DNA of 64,000 bases from Bacteroidales bacterium (GTDB lineage Bacteria > Bacteroidota > Bacteroidia > Bacteroidales > UBA12077). The position numbers were made by a program, and so were the translations under genes. The first letter of the stretch is position 1. The number at the start of each line of letters is the position of its first letter. A model generated the notes under the pieces. It was not told the DNA's origin. It saw only the letters and a program-made list of their open reading frames with translations, and did not search any database. The stretch is taken from positions 206,856 to 270,855 of the forward strand of contig JANQHE010000037.1 of assembly GCA_028282785.1 (NCBI GenBank), in the 5' to 3' direction. Shown piece by piece: positions 1 to 10,714 of the stretch.

Positions 1-253
1 GATTTGCCAATATAATAAATGGTCCACCCTTAGGAATTCGTTTTATATCTTCTTCGTTTACTTCATAATTAAATTCTAAATGATCAATTACTGCATTAAT
101 AAAATCTATTCCTGATTTATCAATATTATCAGAATACATTTTATTTATCTTATTCAATTTTAAAAGCTGCATCAAAAATTTTGCAAACATTTCACCTCCA
201 AACTTCTCAAAATGAATTGCTTTTGACACATCTTTTGATGATACTAAATGCAT
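1..253 (-). CDS. Acyltransferase-family protein, N-terminal ~84 codons only (gene runs off the window start)
   Basis: Not in the ORF track. Manual minus-strand translation from ATG 253..251 gives MHLVSSKDVSKAIHFEKFGGEMFAKFLMQLLKLNKINKMYSDNIDKSGIDFINAVIDHLEFNYEVNEEDIKRIPKGGPFIILAN. The RIPxxGPxIxxAN ending resembles the approach to the HxxxxD box of PlsC-type lysophospholipid acyltransferases. The family call is from memory. Confidence 0.4.
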   Translation of the reverse strand, partial: MHLVSSKDVSKAIHFEKFGGEMFAKFLMQLLKLNKINKMYSDNIDKSGIDFINAVIDHLEFNYEVNEEDIKRIPKGGPFIILAN

Positions 254-343
254 ATTTCTTTTTTAAGGTTAACTAACAAATATAATTTTTATTATTAATA
301 TTTGATAAATATACCTTGTAATATGCTAAATCAAATATAAAAG

Positions 344-3300
344 CTATTTAATAAAGTGTTTTTCAAGAGTAAGTATTAACTCTTTCTCCTTTAAAGGCTT
401 GGTAAGGTAATCATCACAACCTGCATTAATGGATTTTTTACGGTTGTTTTGTTGTGTATAAGCTGTTTGAGCAATAATTTTAACCTTTTTATTAAACTTT
501 CTGATTCTTCTTGTAGTTTCATATCCATCGATGTTCGGAAGGCGAATATCCATAAATATTATATCAATTTTATTTGTTTTAACGATATTGATTGCGTCTA
601 TGCCGTTAGAGGATTGGATAATTCCTCCTCCTCCCATATTTTCCAGGAAAATCTTTAAAAATTCAAAACTAACTAAATCATCCTCTACAATAAGTATCAT
701 TTTATTTTTTAAGAGCATTTTTCCATGTTTTTTTTTCGCTTCATTTTTCTTTATTTTTTTTGAAATCCTTAAAGGTAATGTAAAATAGAAAGTTGACCCT
801 TTGCCTTTTTTTGATTCTACCCAAATTCTACCTCCCATTCGCTCAACTAAACCATGAGATATGGATAGCCCCAAGCCTGCTCCTTCATAATCTCTTGTGA
901 TAGAATCATCTACCTGTCGAAAAGCATTAAAAATTGTTTCCAGGTGTTCTTTTGGGATACCTATCCCTGTATCTTTTACAAAACATGTAATTTCATCATC
1001 TTTAGCAGGTAAATACCCAAATTCAACACTTCCCTCCTTTGTAAATTTAAACGCATTGTCCAATAAGTTCTTAAATACCTGGTGAACACGATATTTATCA
1101 TTGAAAAGCATTATGTTTTCTTTAGTTTCTCGAATCAATTTAAAATCAACAATATTCAGTTTTTCATTTTGTACTGTTTTGTAAAAAGTAAAAATTTCCT
1201 CCATTAGATCATTTAATTCAAAATCTGTATTCTCAATCTTGAGTTGATCTGCCTGTATAAGTGAAATATCAAAAACATCATTTACCACTGAAAGCAGGCG
1301 TTTTCCGCTACTTTCAATAATCGCAGAATATCGCTCATGAGATTCTTTACTTATTCCTTTTTTACGCAGTAATGCAGAGAATCCTAGTATACCATTTAAA
1401 GGTGTACGTATTTCATGACTCATATTTGCTAAAAATGCTGATTTTAAACGGTCGCTTTCCTCTGCCTTTTCTTTAGCCAGTTTTAATTCGTTATTGATTT
1501 TTTGTATACGTTCCAAATTTTCTTCTAACTCCTCATTAAGTGCCAAATACTCTTCATTTGTTTCCTTTAATTTTCTTTCATAATTTTTCAACTGTGTTAC
1601 ATCTGTACAAAAAGCAATAGATTGATTATTTGATAATTTTACTGCACTTAAATTAACATCAATTGTCTTTCCATTTTTATTCTTTAATTTCACCTCTAAT
1701 CCTTTTATATATCCAGCCTCCTGTATCTTTTTATAGCTTTTTGATTTTTCCTGATTACCATCATACTTAACAATATCAGGTATCGACATTTTAGTTAGTT
1801 GCTCAAATTTATAACCCAGCATCAAACAAGCTGCTTCATTAACATACACATACTGCGATTTTTCATTTGCAATAAAGACGGGCACGGGTGAAGTTTCAAT
1901 ATAAGTTCTAAATTTTTTTATTTGATTGAAAAGTGCTAATTCCGCTTCTTTCTCCCGGGTAATATCTGATATAACAAATAACAACCTATTATCCTTGTTA
2001 ATATCTAAAGGTTGAATAGAAATACTTACCCAGAGAACTTTACCTGATTTTGGTTTCATCTGGATTTGCATGTTTTGCACTTCCCCTTCTTTTTTAACAG
2101 TTTCTAATAGGATTTTTCTGTCATTGGCATCAGAATAAATATTTCTGATATCAATACTTAATAGTTCTTTATTGCTGTAACCAAAAATTCTGGTCATTGC
2201 ATTATTTGCAGCTAAAATTTCGCCGTTAACTGTTGAAATTCCAATTCCCACATTTGCTGATTCAAATAACCTTCGATAACGTTCTTCACTTTCTTTAAGC
2301 GCGTCCTGTATAGTTTTTTGTTCTGTAATATCAACCAAAGCACCAACAATTCCTATTACCTTTCCGTTTTCAATTAATGGAGCCTCTCTTACTTCTACCC
2401 ATATTTTCCTTCCTGATTTATGCCTAATCTCCAACTCATAAGGTGGTTGGACTTCTCCAGTTTCGATGGCTTTCATAGTTTTCTTTAAACCTTCTTCATT
2501 AATCGGATCATCTGTAACTAATTCGGTCCATTTAACCATTGCCTCATCAACTGTGTAGCCTAAAATATCTTTAACTTGAGGGCTTATGTGAGTTATTTGA
2601 TGATCGGTAGTATGTTGATAAAATAAGTTAGTGCTATGCTCTGTTATATTTCTCAGTTTTTGTTCACTATTGAGCAAAGCAATCTCCGAAATTTTCTTTT
2701 CAGTTATATCACTAACAATACCTTCAATTGCAATCGGATTTCCATCATTATCTTTAATTAAAAGATTTCTTTGATTTAACCATTTTACTTCACCTGATTT
2801 AGTTACAACCTGGTACTCGTAAGTTGGCGGCATATGTCCTTTCAGTAAATTATCCCACTGTACCTCAAAATAACTTCGCCAATCCGGATGAATTATCTTT
2901 TCAAATAATTTGGGGTTTTCATAATAATCTGCAGGAGTATATCCTACCATTTCTATTGCTGCTGAGTTAATAAATTCATATTTTCCATCTGGCAATGACA
3001 TTCTATAAATCATGTCCTTTGCATTTTCTGTTAAACGACGGTATTTTTCTTCACTTTGTTTTAAAGCTTTTTCTGCCAACTTACGCTCAACAATTTCTCC
3101 AATTAATCTTGCAGAGGTTTCTAATCTTTCCTTTGCGATATCAACTATAAACTGTGGCCTGGGTTCATATTCTTTTGCCTTTTTCTTAAGGTCATCAACC
3201 GTAACTTTATTACGATCTGCAATCTCTTTTAAAACATTTTCATTTGTTGGAGGAGTTCCATAGCCAAGGCATATGGCACCTATAACTTCTTTATTTGCGA

Positions 3301-4579
3301 AAATAGGAATAGCATATAGATGTATACCACCATTACATTCTATATCAATTGGTTTCTTTTCTTTAATAGCATATTTTGAAGAGTCTAACCAACAAGACTC
3401 GTGGCATAACCATTTACCGGAATTAAGTGCTTCTAAATTATTTTGTTCGTCAGATGATTTACGTGAAGCATTATCCAAAAACTGGCACCAACCTGATGAG
3501 AAAATTCCTAAAGCGTAGTCCCCGTTTTTTTCATATACAGCAGCAGAAGTTTCCAATAGATTAAGATAATCATCGACAATATCCGTTAGCGTTTTCTTTC
3601 CAACTGATTTCAATATTAACCCCTCCTTATTTAATTTGCTTAAATCACCATAAGGTGGAGTATATGATTTTTGTTTTTTAGCTTTGGGTTTTAATAACCA
3701 TTCAATACTTTTTAAATGCTGTTCAGCTTTTTTTCTTTCTGTTATATCTTCACCAATGCTCGTAACTGAAAAAACATTACCTTTATCATCGAAATGAAGC
3801 GTATTATTCCACTGAATTATCCTATGTTGCCCCTTTTTTGTAATTATATCATTTGTATAAGATACCGACATATCTTTTTTAGCAATAGCTTCTATAAAGA
3901 AACTATACACATAATCTCTTACATTCCCAGGTAAGAATGTACTAAACCAATCTTTTCCAATTACTTCTTTTCGCTTCCAACCTGTTAGTTTTAATAAATA
4001 ATCATTGGCAAAGGTTATGTTTCCTTCGGTATCTAGCATCACTCCAATTAGTTGCATATTTTCCAATACCATACGGAATTTTTCTATTGCTAAATTAGCT
4101 TCTTTTAATTCTTCATAAAGAGATTCATATTCTTCTTTTTGTTCTTGTAACTCCTCATTTGCAGCTTCATATTCTTCATTTTGCATTTTCAGCTCTTTAT
4201 TTTGACCTTCTATTCTTTCTTTTAGCTCAAATTCCTTTTCTATATCAATATACTGCGAAAGGAAATGAGTCAATTTCCCATTATCATCAAAAATTGGGTT
4301 AGCAATCACCTTATAAGCCTTAAATCCATTCGGCGTATTAACTTTTTTTTCTATTTCTAATTTGCGCTTTTCCTTTAATATCTTTTCACAAGTACATTCT
4401 ATTTCGGCAATTTCTTTCGTACATGGCTCATCTAAACCATATAAATGTTTATAACAGTAGGTTTCATTAATTTTTACTTCAGGATTATTACTCTCAACTA
4501 TTCTTAATGTTTTCGTATCCACCACATAATAATCCTGGGGAAGTGCTTGAATTATTTTTTTAGCATCGAGCTTGCCCAT
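344..4579 (-). CDS. Hybrid sensor histidine kinase/response regulator with multiple PAS domains and a Cys-rich PocR-like sensory segment
   Basis: 1411-aa ORF with coiled-coil linkers and at least 6 PAS-like repeats. The Cys-rich segment is WCQF..CHESCW..IECNGGIHLYAIPIF..VIGAICLGYG. It has an H-box (SHEIRTPLNGI), HATPase boxes (LLDNAFKFT, DTGIGI, GAGLGLSI) and a C-terminal receiver (LIVEDD..MDIRLPNIDG..TAY..KP). Confidence 0.9.
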   Translation of the reverse strand: MGKLDAKKIIQALPQDYYVVDTKTLRIVESNNPEVKINETYCYKHLYGLDEPCTKEIAEIECTCEKILKEKRKLEIEKKVNTPNGFKAYKVIANPIFDDNGKLTHFLSQYIDIEKEFELKERIEGQNKELKMQNEEYEAANEELQEQKEEYESLYEELKEANLAIEKFRMVLENMQLIGVMLDTEGNITFANDYLLKLTGWKRKEVIGKDWFSTFLPGNVRDYVYSFFIEAIAKKDMSVSYTNDIITKKGQHRIIQWNNTLHFDDKGNVFSVTSIGEDITERKKAEQHLKSIEWLLKPKAKKQKSYTPPYGDLSKLNKEGLILKSVGKKTLTDIVDDYLNLLETSAAVYEKNGDYALGIFSSGWCQFLDNASRKSSDEQNNLEALNSGKWLCHESCWLDSSKYAIKEKKPIDIECNGGIHLYAIPIFANKEVIGAICLGYGTPPTNENVLKEIADRNKVTVDDLKKKAKEYEPRPQFIVDIAKERLETSARLIGEIVERKLAEKALKQSEEKYRRLTENAKDMIYRMSLPDGKYEFINSAAIEMVGYTPADYYENPKLFEKIIHPDWRSYFEVQWDNLLKGHMPPTYEYQVVTKSGEVKWLNQRNLLIKDNDGNPIAIEGIVSDITEKKISEIALLNSEQKLRNITEHSTNLFYQHTTDHQITHISPQVKDILGYTVDEAMVKWTELVTDDPINEEGLKKTMKAIETGEVQPPYELEIRHKSGRKIWVEVREAPLIENGKVIGIVGALVDITEQKTIQDALKESEERYRRLFESANVGIGISTVNGEILAANNAMTRIFGYSNKELLSIDIRNIYSDANDRKILLETVKKEGEVQNMQIQMKPKSGKVLWVSISIQPLDINKDNRLLFVISDITREKEAELALFNQIKKFRTYIETSPVPVFIANEKSQYVYVNEAACLMLGYKFEQLTKMSIPDIVKYDGNQEKSKSYKKIQEAGYIKGLEVKLKNKNGKTIDVNLSAVKLSNNQSIAFCTDVTQLKNYERKLKETNEEYLALNEELEENLERIQKINNELKLAKEKAEESDRLKSAFLANMSHEIRTPLNGILGFSALLRKKGISKESHERYSAIIESSGKRLLSVVNDVFDISLIQADQLKIENTDFELNDLMEEIFTFYKTVQNEKLNIVDFKLIRETKENIMLFNDKYRVHQVFKNLLDNAFKFTKEGSVEFGYLPAKDDEITCFVKDTGIGIPKEHLETIFNAFRQVDDSITRDYEGAGLGLSISHGLVERMGGRIWVESKKGKGSTFYFTLPLRISKKIKKNEAKKKHGKMLLKNKMILIVEDDLVSFEFLKIFLENMGGGGIIQSSNGIDAINIVKTNKIDIIFMDIRLPNIDGYETTRRIRKFNKKVKIIAQTAYTQQNNRKKSINAGCDDYLTKPLKEKELILTLEKHFIK

Positions 4580-4832
4580 AATTCGATTATTTGGTTAAAG
4601 CTAACTGATTTAAACTCACTCAATTTAAAAAAATAAATCGATAATAAGAATTTTTGCAACCCTTTATTAATAATCCAGCATTTTAGGTTAACTATTTAAC
4701 ATTTTAAGTAAAATGCTAATCATTTTACGATAATTTTTTCGATTTTTCTATTATTGCGTTCGAATATTTTGATATTAATATCTACATTTGTCGAACAAAA
4801 CTAGCTTATGGTCGAATTTTTAAATTTATAAT

Positions 4833-5459
4833 ATGAGAACAAGAAAACATATCTTAATAGGTTTATTGATTTTATTGACTTTTACCGCTAAGTCACAAAT
4901 CAAATTTGGAATAAAAGAGGGCTTAAATCTTAGTACTCAATCTGAACTGGGAATGTTATGGGATAATAACGACATGAAAACCGGTTTTACATTGGGTGCA
5001 ACTTTAGATTATCGTTTCCATAAAACTATTTCGTTACAAACAGAGCTAAACTATAAACGAAAAGGTTTAGCTTATGAACGAAATGAGTCCGGTCGTAAAA
5101 AGGATATAAATAATAGTTATGACTATTATAATATTCCTTTATTATTAAAAGGTAGATTTAATGAAGAACTTGGGTTAACAGAAAAATGGATGGTATCATT
5201 CTATGGTGGTCCCTATTATAGTTACTTAAGAAAAGCAGAATCTGAAGTAAAAGAGTCCGGGCAAACTATTGTTACGAACTACGAAGAAGAATCTAACCAT
5301 TCTGATTGGGGAATGGTTTTTGGAGGCGAAGTTGCCCGCATATTTGCTAAAGGTGAATTATTCTTTGATATACGCTATGAAATGGGCTTAAATGATGTTG
5401 TAAAAGACGATGATATAAAAAACAAAGTGATTGGGCTTGGAATTGGTTACCGTTTTTAA
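4833..5459 (+). CDS. Outer-membrane beta-barrel protein (small porin/OmpW-like class)
   Basis: Signal peptide MRTRKHILIGLLILLTFTAKSQ, alternating amphipathic strand pattern, and an aromatic C-terminus (GIGYRF) typical of OM beta-barrels. This is the only convincing plus-strand gene in the window. Confidence 0.6.
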   Translation: MRTRKHILIGLLILLTFTAKSQIKFGIKEGLNLSTQSELGMLWDNNDMKTGFTLGATLDYRFHKTISLQTELNYKRKGLAYERNESGRKKDINNSYDYYNIPLLLKGRFNEELGLTEKWMVSFYGGPYYSYLRKAESEVKESGQTIVTNYEEESNHSDWGMVFGGEVARIFAKGELFFDIRYEMGLNDVVKDDDIKNKVIGLGIGYRF

Positions 5460-5488
5460 ATACGAAAACTTATTGTGTTCATCATATA

Positions 5489-5517
5489 AAAAACGCGGAT
5501 TTGAAATCCGCGTTTTT
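5489..5517. terminator. Bidirectional intrinsic terminator between convergent genes
   Basis: The sequence aaaaaCGCGGATTtgaaAATCCGCGttttt is a perfect GC-containing stem flanked by an A-run and a T-run. It sits between the stop codons at 5459 (+) and 5526 (-). Confidence 0.75.
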
Positions 5518-5525
5518 ATATTTTT

Positions 5526-6740
5526 TTAATTTTTCCTGATACACCGTACACTTCTTCTTGCATTGGACCCTGTATCATATGTCTTACCATCTTCAAAATT
5601 CTTTTCAAACATTGCGCGAGTAGAACCCTGTTTTTTAGGTGTTGAAGACCAATACCACATCCCAAGCATATTTAGGGCAATTTTATTATTGTACATAAAT
5701 TCCAGCACATTAATTTCCGGCAAATACCAATCATTATATCCGTAAGCGTTTGACATTTCGCATGCGTTTCTTGCCTCTTCCCAGCGAAACTCACCTGCTA
5801 TATCTTCGGGCATTACTTCATAATTATTGCCATAAAAGCTAAATCCCCAAACACCATTATGATCTTCCAGATTTATAACGCCATTGCTATGCACGCAACG
5901 TACAAAACTTTTCGCACGCCCCGATGCCGGCACTAATTTTTCTGCATCAAATGCCTGCCTGAAATATTCGTCCTTTTCAAATGGTGTGCTTGACCAATAC
6001 CAATACGTCTCCATATTTTTTAATTTAATCCTTAATGCATACATGCTGGAAATTTCCAGTTTTGTTGGTAACCTCCAATCTGTCATGCCATAAGCAGTAC
6101 TTTCAAGGCACGCCCTATTTGCTTCCATCCAGGTAGTTTTTGTTGGAGTTTCATCAACAGGCATTACAAGAAGGCTTAAACCCATCATATTCAATTCAGA
6201 AAGTTCACCAAAATCATTTGATTGTACAACCGGTTTACTTGTTACCGGCCTTGAAACAACATTGTTTGTACGTTTTGGCGCTTGTCCAAGCATTTCTCTT
6301 GAAACATTTGCAGCAACAATTACCAAATCATCTAATCCTGATTTTGTTATACCTGTATTTTGCCTTTCAATCTTAGCAGTCATTACATCTACCAACTTAC
6401 ACGAAATGTAATAATTACCTCCAACAGAAGAAATTGATGCATAACACACATAATTAGCTCCCATTTTTTTACCAAGTTCACCGATTTGGCCATCATCAAC
6501 ATGACCGGTCATTTGAAATTTATTCTCGGCCAGTACTTTATCGATTAATTCTCGTTCCATCACTAAATAACCAGGTGTGTTTACCACAGCATTACTTAGT
6601 TCTTCGCGAAGAATAATTTTTAAGTTTTGCGATACTTCCCCAACCGGGTCAAACACCGCAACCTTAAACTCTCCTTGGCCATTAGCTGTTCCTGCTAGTA
6701 TTAAAACGAGAAGTATGGTTAGTAAGTTTATTCGTTTCAT
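5526..6740 (-). CDS. Secreted/lipoprotein with an LpoB/CsgG-like N-domain and two DUF1566-like C-terminal repeats
   Basis: Signal peptide MKRINLLTILLVLILAGTANG. The N-domain is FKVAVFDP..LVMERELIDKVLAENKFQMTG. Two repeats carry DW(R/Y)LP..E(I/L)..MY...(Y)WYWSST..RCV(H/I), resembling the Lcl C-terminal/DUF1566 signature. Confidence 0.5.
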   Translation of the reverse strand: MKRINLLTILLVLILAGTANGQGEFKVAVFDPVGEVSQNLKIILREELSNAVVNTPGYLVMERELIDKVLAENKFQMTGHVDDGQIGELGKKMGANYVCYASISSVGGNYYISCKLVDVMTAKIERQNTGITKSGLDDLVIVAANVSREMLGQAPKRTNNVVSRPVTSKPVVQSNDFGELSELNMMGLSLLVMPVDETPTKTTWMEANRACLESTAYGMTDWRLPTKLEISSMYALRIKLKNMETYWYWSSTPFEKDEYFRQAFDAEKLVPASGRAKSFVRCVHSNGVINLEDHNGVWGFSFYGNNYEVMPEDIAGEFRWEEARNACEMSNAYGYNDWYLPEINVLEFMYNNKIALNMLGMWYWSSTPKKQGSTRAMFEKNFEDGKTYDTGSNARRSVRCIRKN

Positions 6741-6744
6741 AATT

Positions 6745-7815
6745 TTAGTTATTTATCCAGATTAGTATTTTTTCAGAAATTGCTTTACTTATATCATCGC
6801 ATGCTTTTTTTGCCGCTGTGCCATATGATTTGCTGTGTGCACCCTTTTGTGAAATTTCATCCTGAAATACGTGCTTATCAGATGGTGCTTTAAAAAGCTT
6901 AACTTCAGCGTCCACATAACTGAAGTACACATTATTAGAGTAATTATATTCTCTTGAGGTTGCGTCTAATTTTAATTTCCAATCCGCATCACTTTCTATG
7001 GTAGTAAAACTACAGTTATTTTCAGCTAAGATTGCTTTTAAACCATTTTCAATTAAATTAACTTTTTCGCCAAACACATCCTCACTTGTAGAAATAAAAA
7101 CTATTATACCTTGAGCTAAACGTGCTTTTGCCTGCATAACCTCATTATATAAACTCATGGTTTTTTGCATCTTTAACCCATCTTCAGATATATTTTTATC
7201 AATCGCGGTAAGAATGCCTTGAGCTTTTTTAACTTCTTCGAAGACCGGAAGAGTTTTTTCAAATTCATCTTTTGCCTTTACTTTTTCCCTATTTCCTTCT
7301 AGCTCTTTGGCAGTATTGACATGCCCCTCAATTTGCTGCACTTGTAAATTTAAATTGGCTTTATAAAAACCAATTAATTCATATTTATTAGCATAAGCAA
7401 AAGCATATACAATATTACCCTTAACATATGTATCAACAGTAATTCCATTAATTTCAAGGTCAGTTGATATTTTAATTTCTGCCTTAAATGATTCAGAAAT
7501 GACTTCATTATCGCCAATCATATCGCTTTGGCTATAACTTTCATTTACACTCTTTACTGATGATAATATACTTTCGGATAAATTTGAACGAGCCATGTTT
7601 TTTACCCGTTCAGTGATTTCTGCTAAAGTTTCGTTGTTGTTTTTATTATCCCGGGCAAATCCTTTTATATAAATATTTGACGGATAATGCTCCATTCTCC
7701 AGCTTTCCATTAACCAAGCAGGATCTTCTTGTGCACTAACATGTACATAAGAAAATAATAGGTAAAGCAGAATAAAAAATTGATAAAATTTCTTAAAGGT
7801 TAATTCAGTTTTCAT
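6745..7815 (-). CDS. Secreted hypothetical protein (possible LPP20-like N-terminal region)
   Basis: Signal peptide ...LLFSYVHVSAQ. The ORF abuts and is co-oriented with 5526..6740. No catalytic motif was recognised. Confidence 0.3.
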   Translation of the reverse strand: MKTELTFKKFYQFFILLYLLFSYVHVSAQEDPAWLMESWRMEHYPSNIYIKGFARDNKNNNETLAEITERVKNMARSNLSESILSSVKSVNESYSQSDMIGDNEVISESFKAEIKISTDLEINGITVDTYVKGNIVYAFAYANKYELIGFYKANLNLQVQQIEGHVNTAKELEGNREKVKAKDEFEKTLPVFEEVKKAQGILTAIDKNISEDGLKMQKTMSLYNEVMQAKARLAQGIIVFISTSEDVFGEKVNLIENGLKAILAENNCSFTTIESDADWKLKLDATSREYNYSNNVYFSYVDAEVKLFKAPSDKHVFQDEISQKGAHSKSYGTAAKKACDDISKAISEKILIWINN

Positions 7816-8104
7816 AGGTTTATAAATTTACATCGAAATGTACAATAAATATACCAAAAAGTTGAGCATCTTAAAATTCATTTCACTATTTAATTAATTA
7901 TCAACACATTAAAAATCGAAACAAATTGTGAATTTATTAAAAATTTAACATTATAATTATAAATTTATGTTATGATTTTAGTTATCAAAAACATAAATAA
8001 TTCTATTCACTATTTTTTACTTTATATAATTCTAACTGTTTCCCTTTATATGATTTTTTAAGGTTAGTTAAGCTTATTAATGCCATTTGTTTATTGATAA
8101 TAGA

Positions 8105-8740
8105 TTACAGGTTAAGTTTTGTGATATCCAATAGTGTATTCACAATTACGGCATTTCCATTAAATTTTTCCTTATTGATCACCTGGTGTCCATTGGAAAC
8201 AAGAATACATTTTGCGTTTATTTCTTGCGCAACCTCCAGGTCATGCATTGTATCGCCAATTAATATTATTTGATCATAGCCCGGTGAATTCACTACAAAA
8301 TTCTTGGCATTATCAACTTTTCCTTTTGCATGAATATTATTTAACCCTATCAATGAATCAAAATAATTGAAAATATTTCTTTGCTTAACCTGGTTTTCCA
8401 GTGCTATTTGTTCTGATGCAGATAAAATAACCTGCTTATACTTTCTTGACTTAAAAAAATTGAGTAACTCAATGACACCTTCTTGTAAAGGAGAATTCAT
8501 TGAATTTCTTTTGTATAGATCTATATACTCTATTGAAAGTTCCTCGAAAGGTTCTTTATTAAAATCAAAACCAAGTTCCTGGTAATATTTTTTTACGGGA
8601 AATGTAAATATACTTTTATAGTAATCAATTGTAATTTTATTTACAGAACGTTTGTCCAACATACAGTTCATACTATCTACACATGCTTTAACATCATTTA
8701 GCAATGTGCCATTCCAGTCCCAAATAATTAGTTTACTCAT
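8105..8740 (-). CDS. HAD-superfamily hydrolase (phosphatase-like)
   Basis: Motif I-like IIWDWNGTLLND, in which the second acidic residue is Asn. SAS and K motifs are present, and motif IV is LIGDTMHDLEVA. Confidence 0.7.
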   Translation of the reverse strand: MSKLIIWDWNGTLLNDVKACVDSMNCMLDKRSVNKITIDYYKSIFTFPVKKYYQELGFDFNKEPFEELSIEYIDLYKRNSMNSPLQEGVIELLNFFKSRKYKQVILSASEQIALENQVKQRNIFNYFDSLIGLNNIHAKGKVDNAKNFVVNSPGYDQIILIGDTMHDLEVAQEINAKCILVSNGHQVINKEKFNGNAVIVNTLLDITKLNL

Positions 8741-9221
8741 TATAAAATCGTTTATCGGATTTTTTAGAACTCATTTCTTCGGATTTTCCTTCTAACCAAC
8801 CTATTTTAATATCTTGAATATTATCAATATTCGAAATATATGGCTTGATATCTAATAAAGGAGTTTCATTTAATACATCAATATTTTCAATGTGTAAAAT
8901 ATTATCTTCAATCTTCAATAGTTTAACAACAGAAATTCCTATTGGATTAGGGCGCTTGGGAGCACGAGTAGAAAATATTCCCCTTAATTGATCGTCCATA
9001 AATGGTTTTACTTTTAATTCATAACCTTTGGATTTATGAAATTGGTAAATTAAAATCACATGAGAAAAATCTTCCAAATCCTGTAAACCATCCAGGTATT
9101 CGGGCAATAATTCTATTTGCCCATGTGCTCCGCCAGCCCCGGTTGGTTGAATTGGCATTCCCTCTATTGAATTAAAGGGAGATTTTATTGTTCCTATAGG
9201 TTTTAAAACTAGTTTATCCAT
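8733..9221 (-). CDS. trmO: tRNA (t6A37-N6)-methyltransferase TrmO/TsaA (YaeB family)
   Basis: Motifs seen: PIGTIKSPF..GMPIQP..IELLPEYLDGLQDLEDFSHVILIYQFH..FSTRAPKRPNPIGISVVKL..LDIKPY. The ORF-track start at 9299 adds an implausible 26-aa extension, so the likely start is MDKLVLKPIG at 9221. The stop overlaps the HAD gene start by 8 nt. Confidence 0.7.
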   Translation of the reverse strand: MDKLVLKPIGTIKSPFNSIEGMPIQPTGAGGAHGQIELLPEYLDGLQDLEDFSHVILIYQFHKSKGYELKVKPFMDDQLRGIFSTRAPKRPNPIGISVVKLLKIEDNILHIENIDVLNETPLLDIKPYISNIDNIQDIKIGWLEGKSEEMSSKKSDKRFYNE

Positions 9222-9440
9222 ACTATTGATTTGAGAAAATAAAAGTAATAAAAAAGGCAGAAACTTATTGCGTGAAAGTGATCTTTCGGTTCCAGGCAAT
9301 ACAATTTTAAACAGATCATCTGTCCAGCTGATTTTACTGTCTATTACAATTTTCTGATACGGAAAGTATTTTACATCTCTTATGAGTTGAACATTAAAAC
9401 ATTATCAAATTATTAAAAATAGTAACACAATTGTAAAAGG

Positions 9441-10388
9441 TTACAAGTTTAATCTTTGGGCACGTTTTTGAATCAGTTCCTTAAATGATTCTTTAAAATC
9501 AACCGACAGGAAAGAAAAATCAATAAAATTTAATACTTTATCTAATTGTTTTGAAAATCTATTTAAAGAATTTTGTACTTGCTTCTCGGTAAGTTTTAAT
9601 CTTTCTCCAAATATGTAAAAATCATTCAATTTAAAATTTCTCTTCCTGCCATTTAAGGTTAAAGCCATTTCTTCTTTATCATCCTTCTCAGGAATTACTA
9701 ATCTGGTTGAAAGCATGTCGTAAGCAGGAGACAAACCTGTCATTCCTGTTCTATAATCTAATAAAGAAAAATTCTTTAAATGCATATCTGCATTACCTGT
9801 TAAAAACGAAAATACAGCTACTTCAAAAAAAGTTAATGCATCAAGTAAGGGATTTGATGAATATTGAAGTATTAGTTTTCCAACTTGTTCCATAGATGCC
9901 TTATACTTATCTTCTGTAAGCCTTTCAGATAGCTGGCAAAAATCTTCCATATGTAATTTACCTTTCTTATCCCGGTCAACACGTTTAGTAAGATATGCTA
10001 ACTCTCCGGATTTCAATTTTATTAGTGAATGTGGAACGACTTTTATTTTGAATAAATCAGCCAAATGCATAGTCAAATCTTCGTTCTCAGGCAACTCTGG
10101 ATAATTTACAGTTGGAGGTTTTAATATATAATCGCCCCATAAACCAACCAATGTTAATCTTGACGGCCTACCTCCTTTTTTATCTAAATGTAATGACAGC
10201 TTTGCTTGAACTCCTGGAACCGCAACACTAGTGCTTATAACTTTTTCTGCAAGTTTTGCCATTTCCAAGAATGAATAATCCAGTACTGGAGGTTCTTCAG
10301 TACCAAACATTTTTTTACTGCACCTAGGATGAAAATCTTTTATTCCCGAGTTATTTTCCTGATAGCAATATAAGCACTTGTTTTTCAT
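9441..10388 (-). CDS. HipA-family Ser/Thr kinase toxin core that lacks the N-terminal subdomain (HipT-like)
   Basis: 315 aa, against ~440 aa for canonical HipA. The catalytic-loop motif is TGNADMHLKNFSLL. The start overlaps the upstream ORF stop as ATGA (10385..10388). Confidence 0.8.
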   Translation of the reverse strand: MKNKCLYCYQENNSGIKDFHPRCSKKMFGTEEPPVLDYSFLEMAKLAEKVISTSVAVPGVQAKLSLHLDKKGGRPSRLTLVGLWGDYILKPPTVNYPELPENEDLTMHLADLFKIKVVPHSLIKLKSGELAYLTKRVDRDKKGKLHMEDFCQLSERLTEDKYKASMEQVGKLILQYSSNPLLDALTFFEVAVFSFLTGNADMHLKNFSLLDYRTGMTGLSPAYDMLSTRLVIPEKDDKEEMALTLNGRKRNFKLNDFYIFGERLKLTEKQVQNSLNRFSKQLDKVLNFIDFSFLSVDFKESFKELIQKRAQRLNL

Positions 10389-10714
10389 TCCTCTTCATTT
10401 AATACTTTTACACTAACTGCACCTATGCAATCATTACAACAAGTAAGTAACAAACCCATACGATCACGTTCATCTATTTTCCAATGCTTTTGGGCAATAT
10501 CTAATAACCAACCTTCCGGTATTAATCCATCGAAAAAGGGAAACATAGTATTTGAAGTATAAGCTCCTTTTGCCAATGGCAATGTCTTACTTATAGTTTT
10601 TGATTCAGAATTTTCGAGATACCTGGAATCATAAGTAAAGCGATAACCTGTTTCAGTTTCTTCAATTATACCACAAAACTGATCTTCAAAATATACTTTA
10701 CCTTTCCTACTCAT
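10385..10714 (-). CDS. Stand-alone HipA N-terminal-subdomain-like protein (HipS-like)
   Basis: 109-aa ORF translationally coupled on both sides (4-nt and 8-nt overlaps). Its size and position match the HipS component of three-gene HipBST systems. Confidence 0.65.
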   Translation of the reverse strand: MSRKGKVYFEDQFCGIIEETETGYRFTYDSRYLENSESKTISKTLPLAKGAYTSNTMFPFFDGLIPEGWLLDIAQKHWKIDERDRMGLLLTCCNDCIGAVSVKVLNEEE

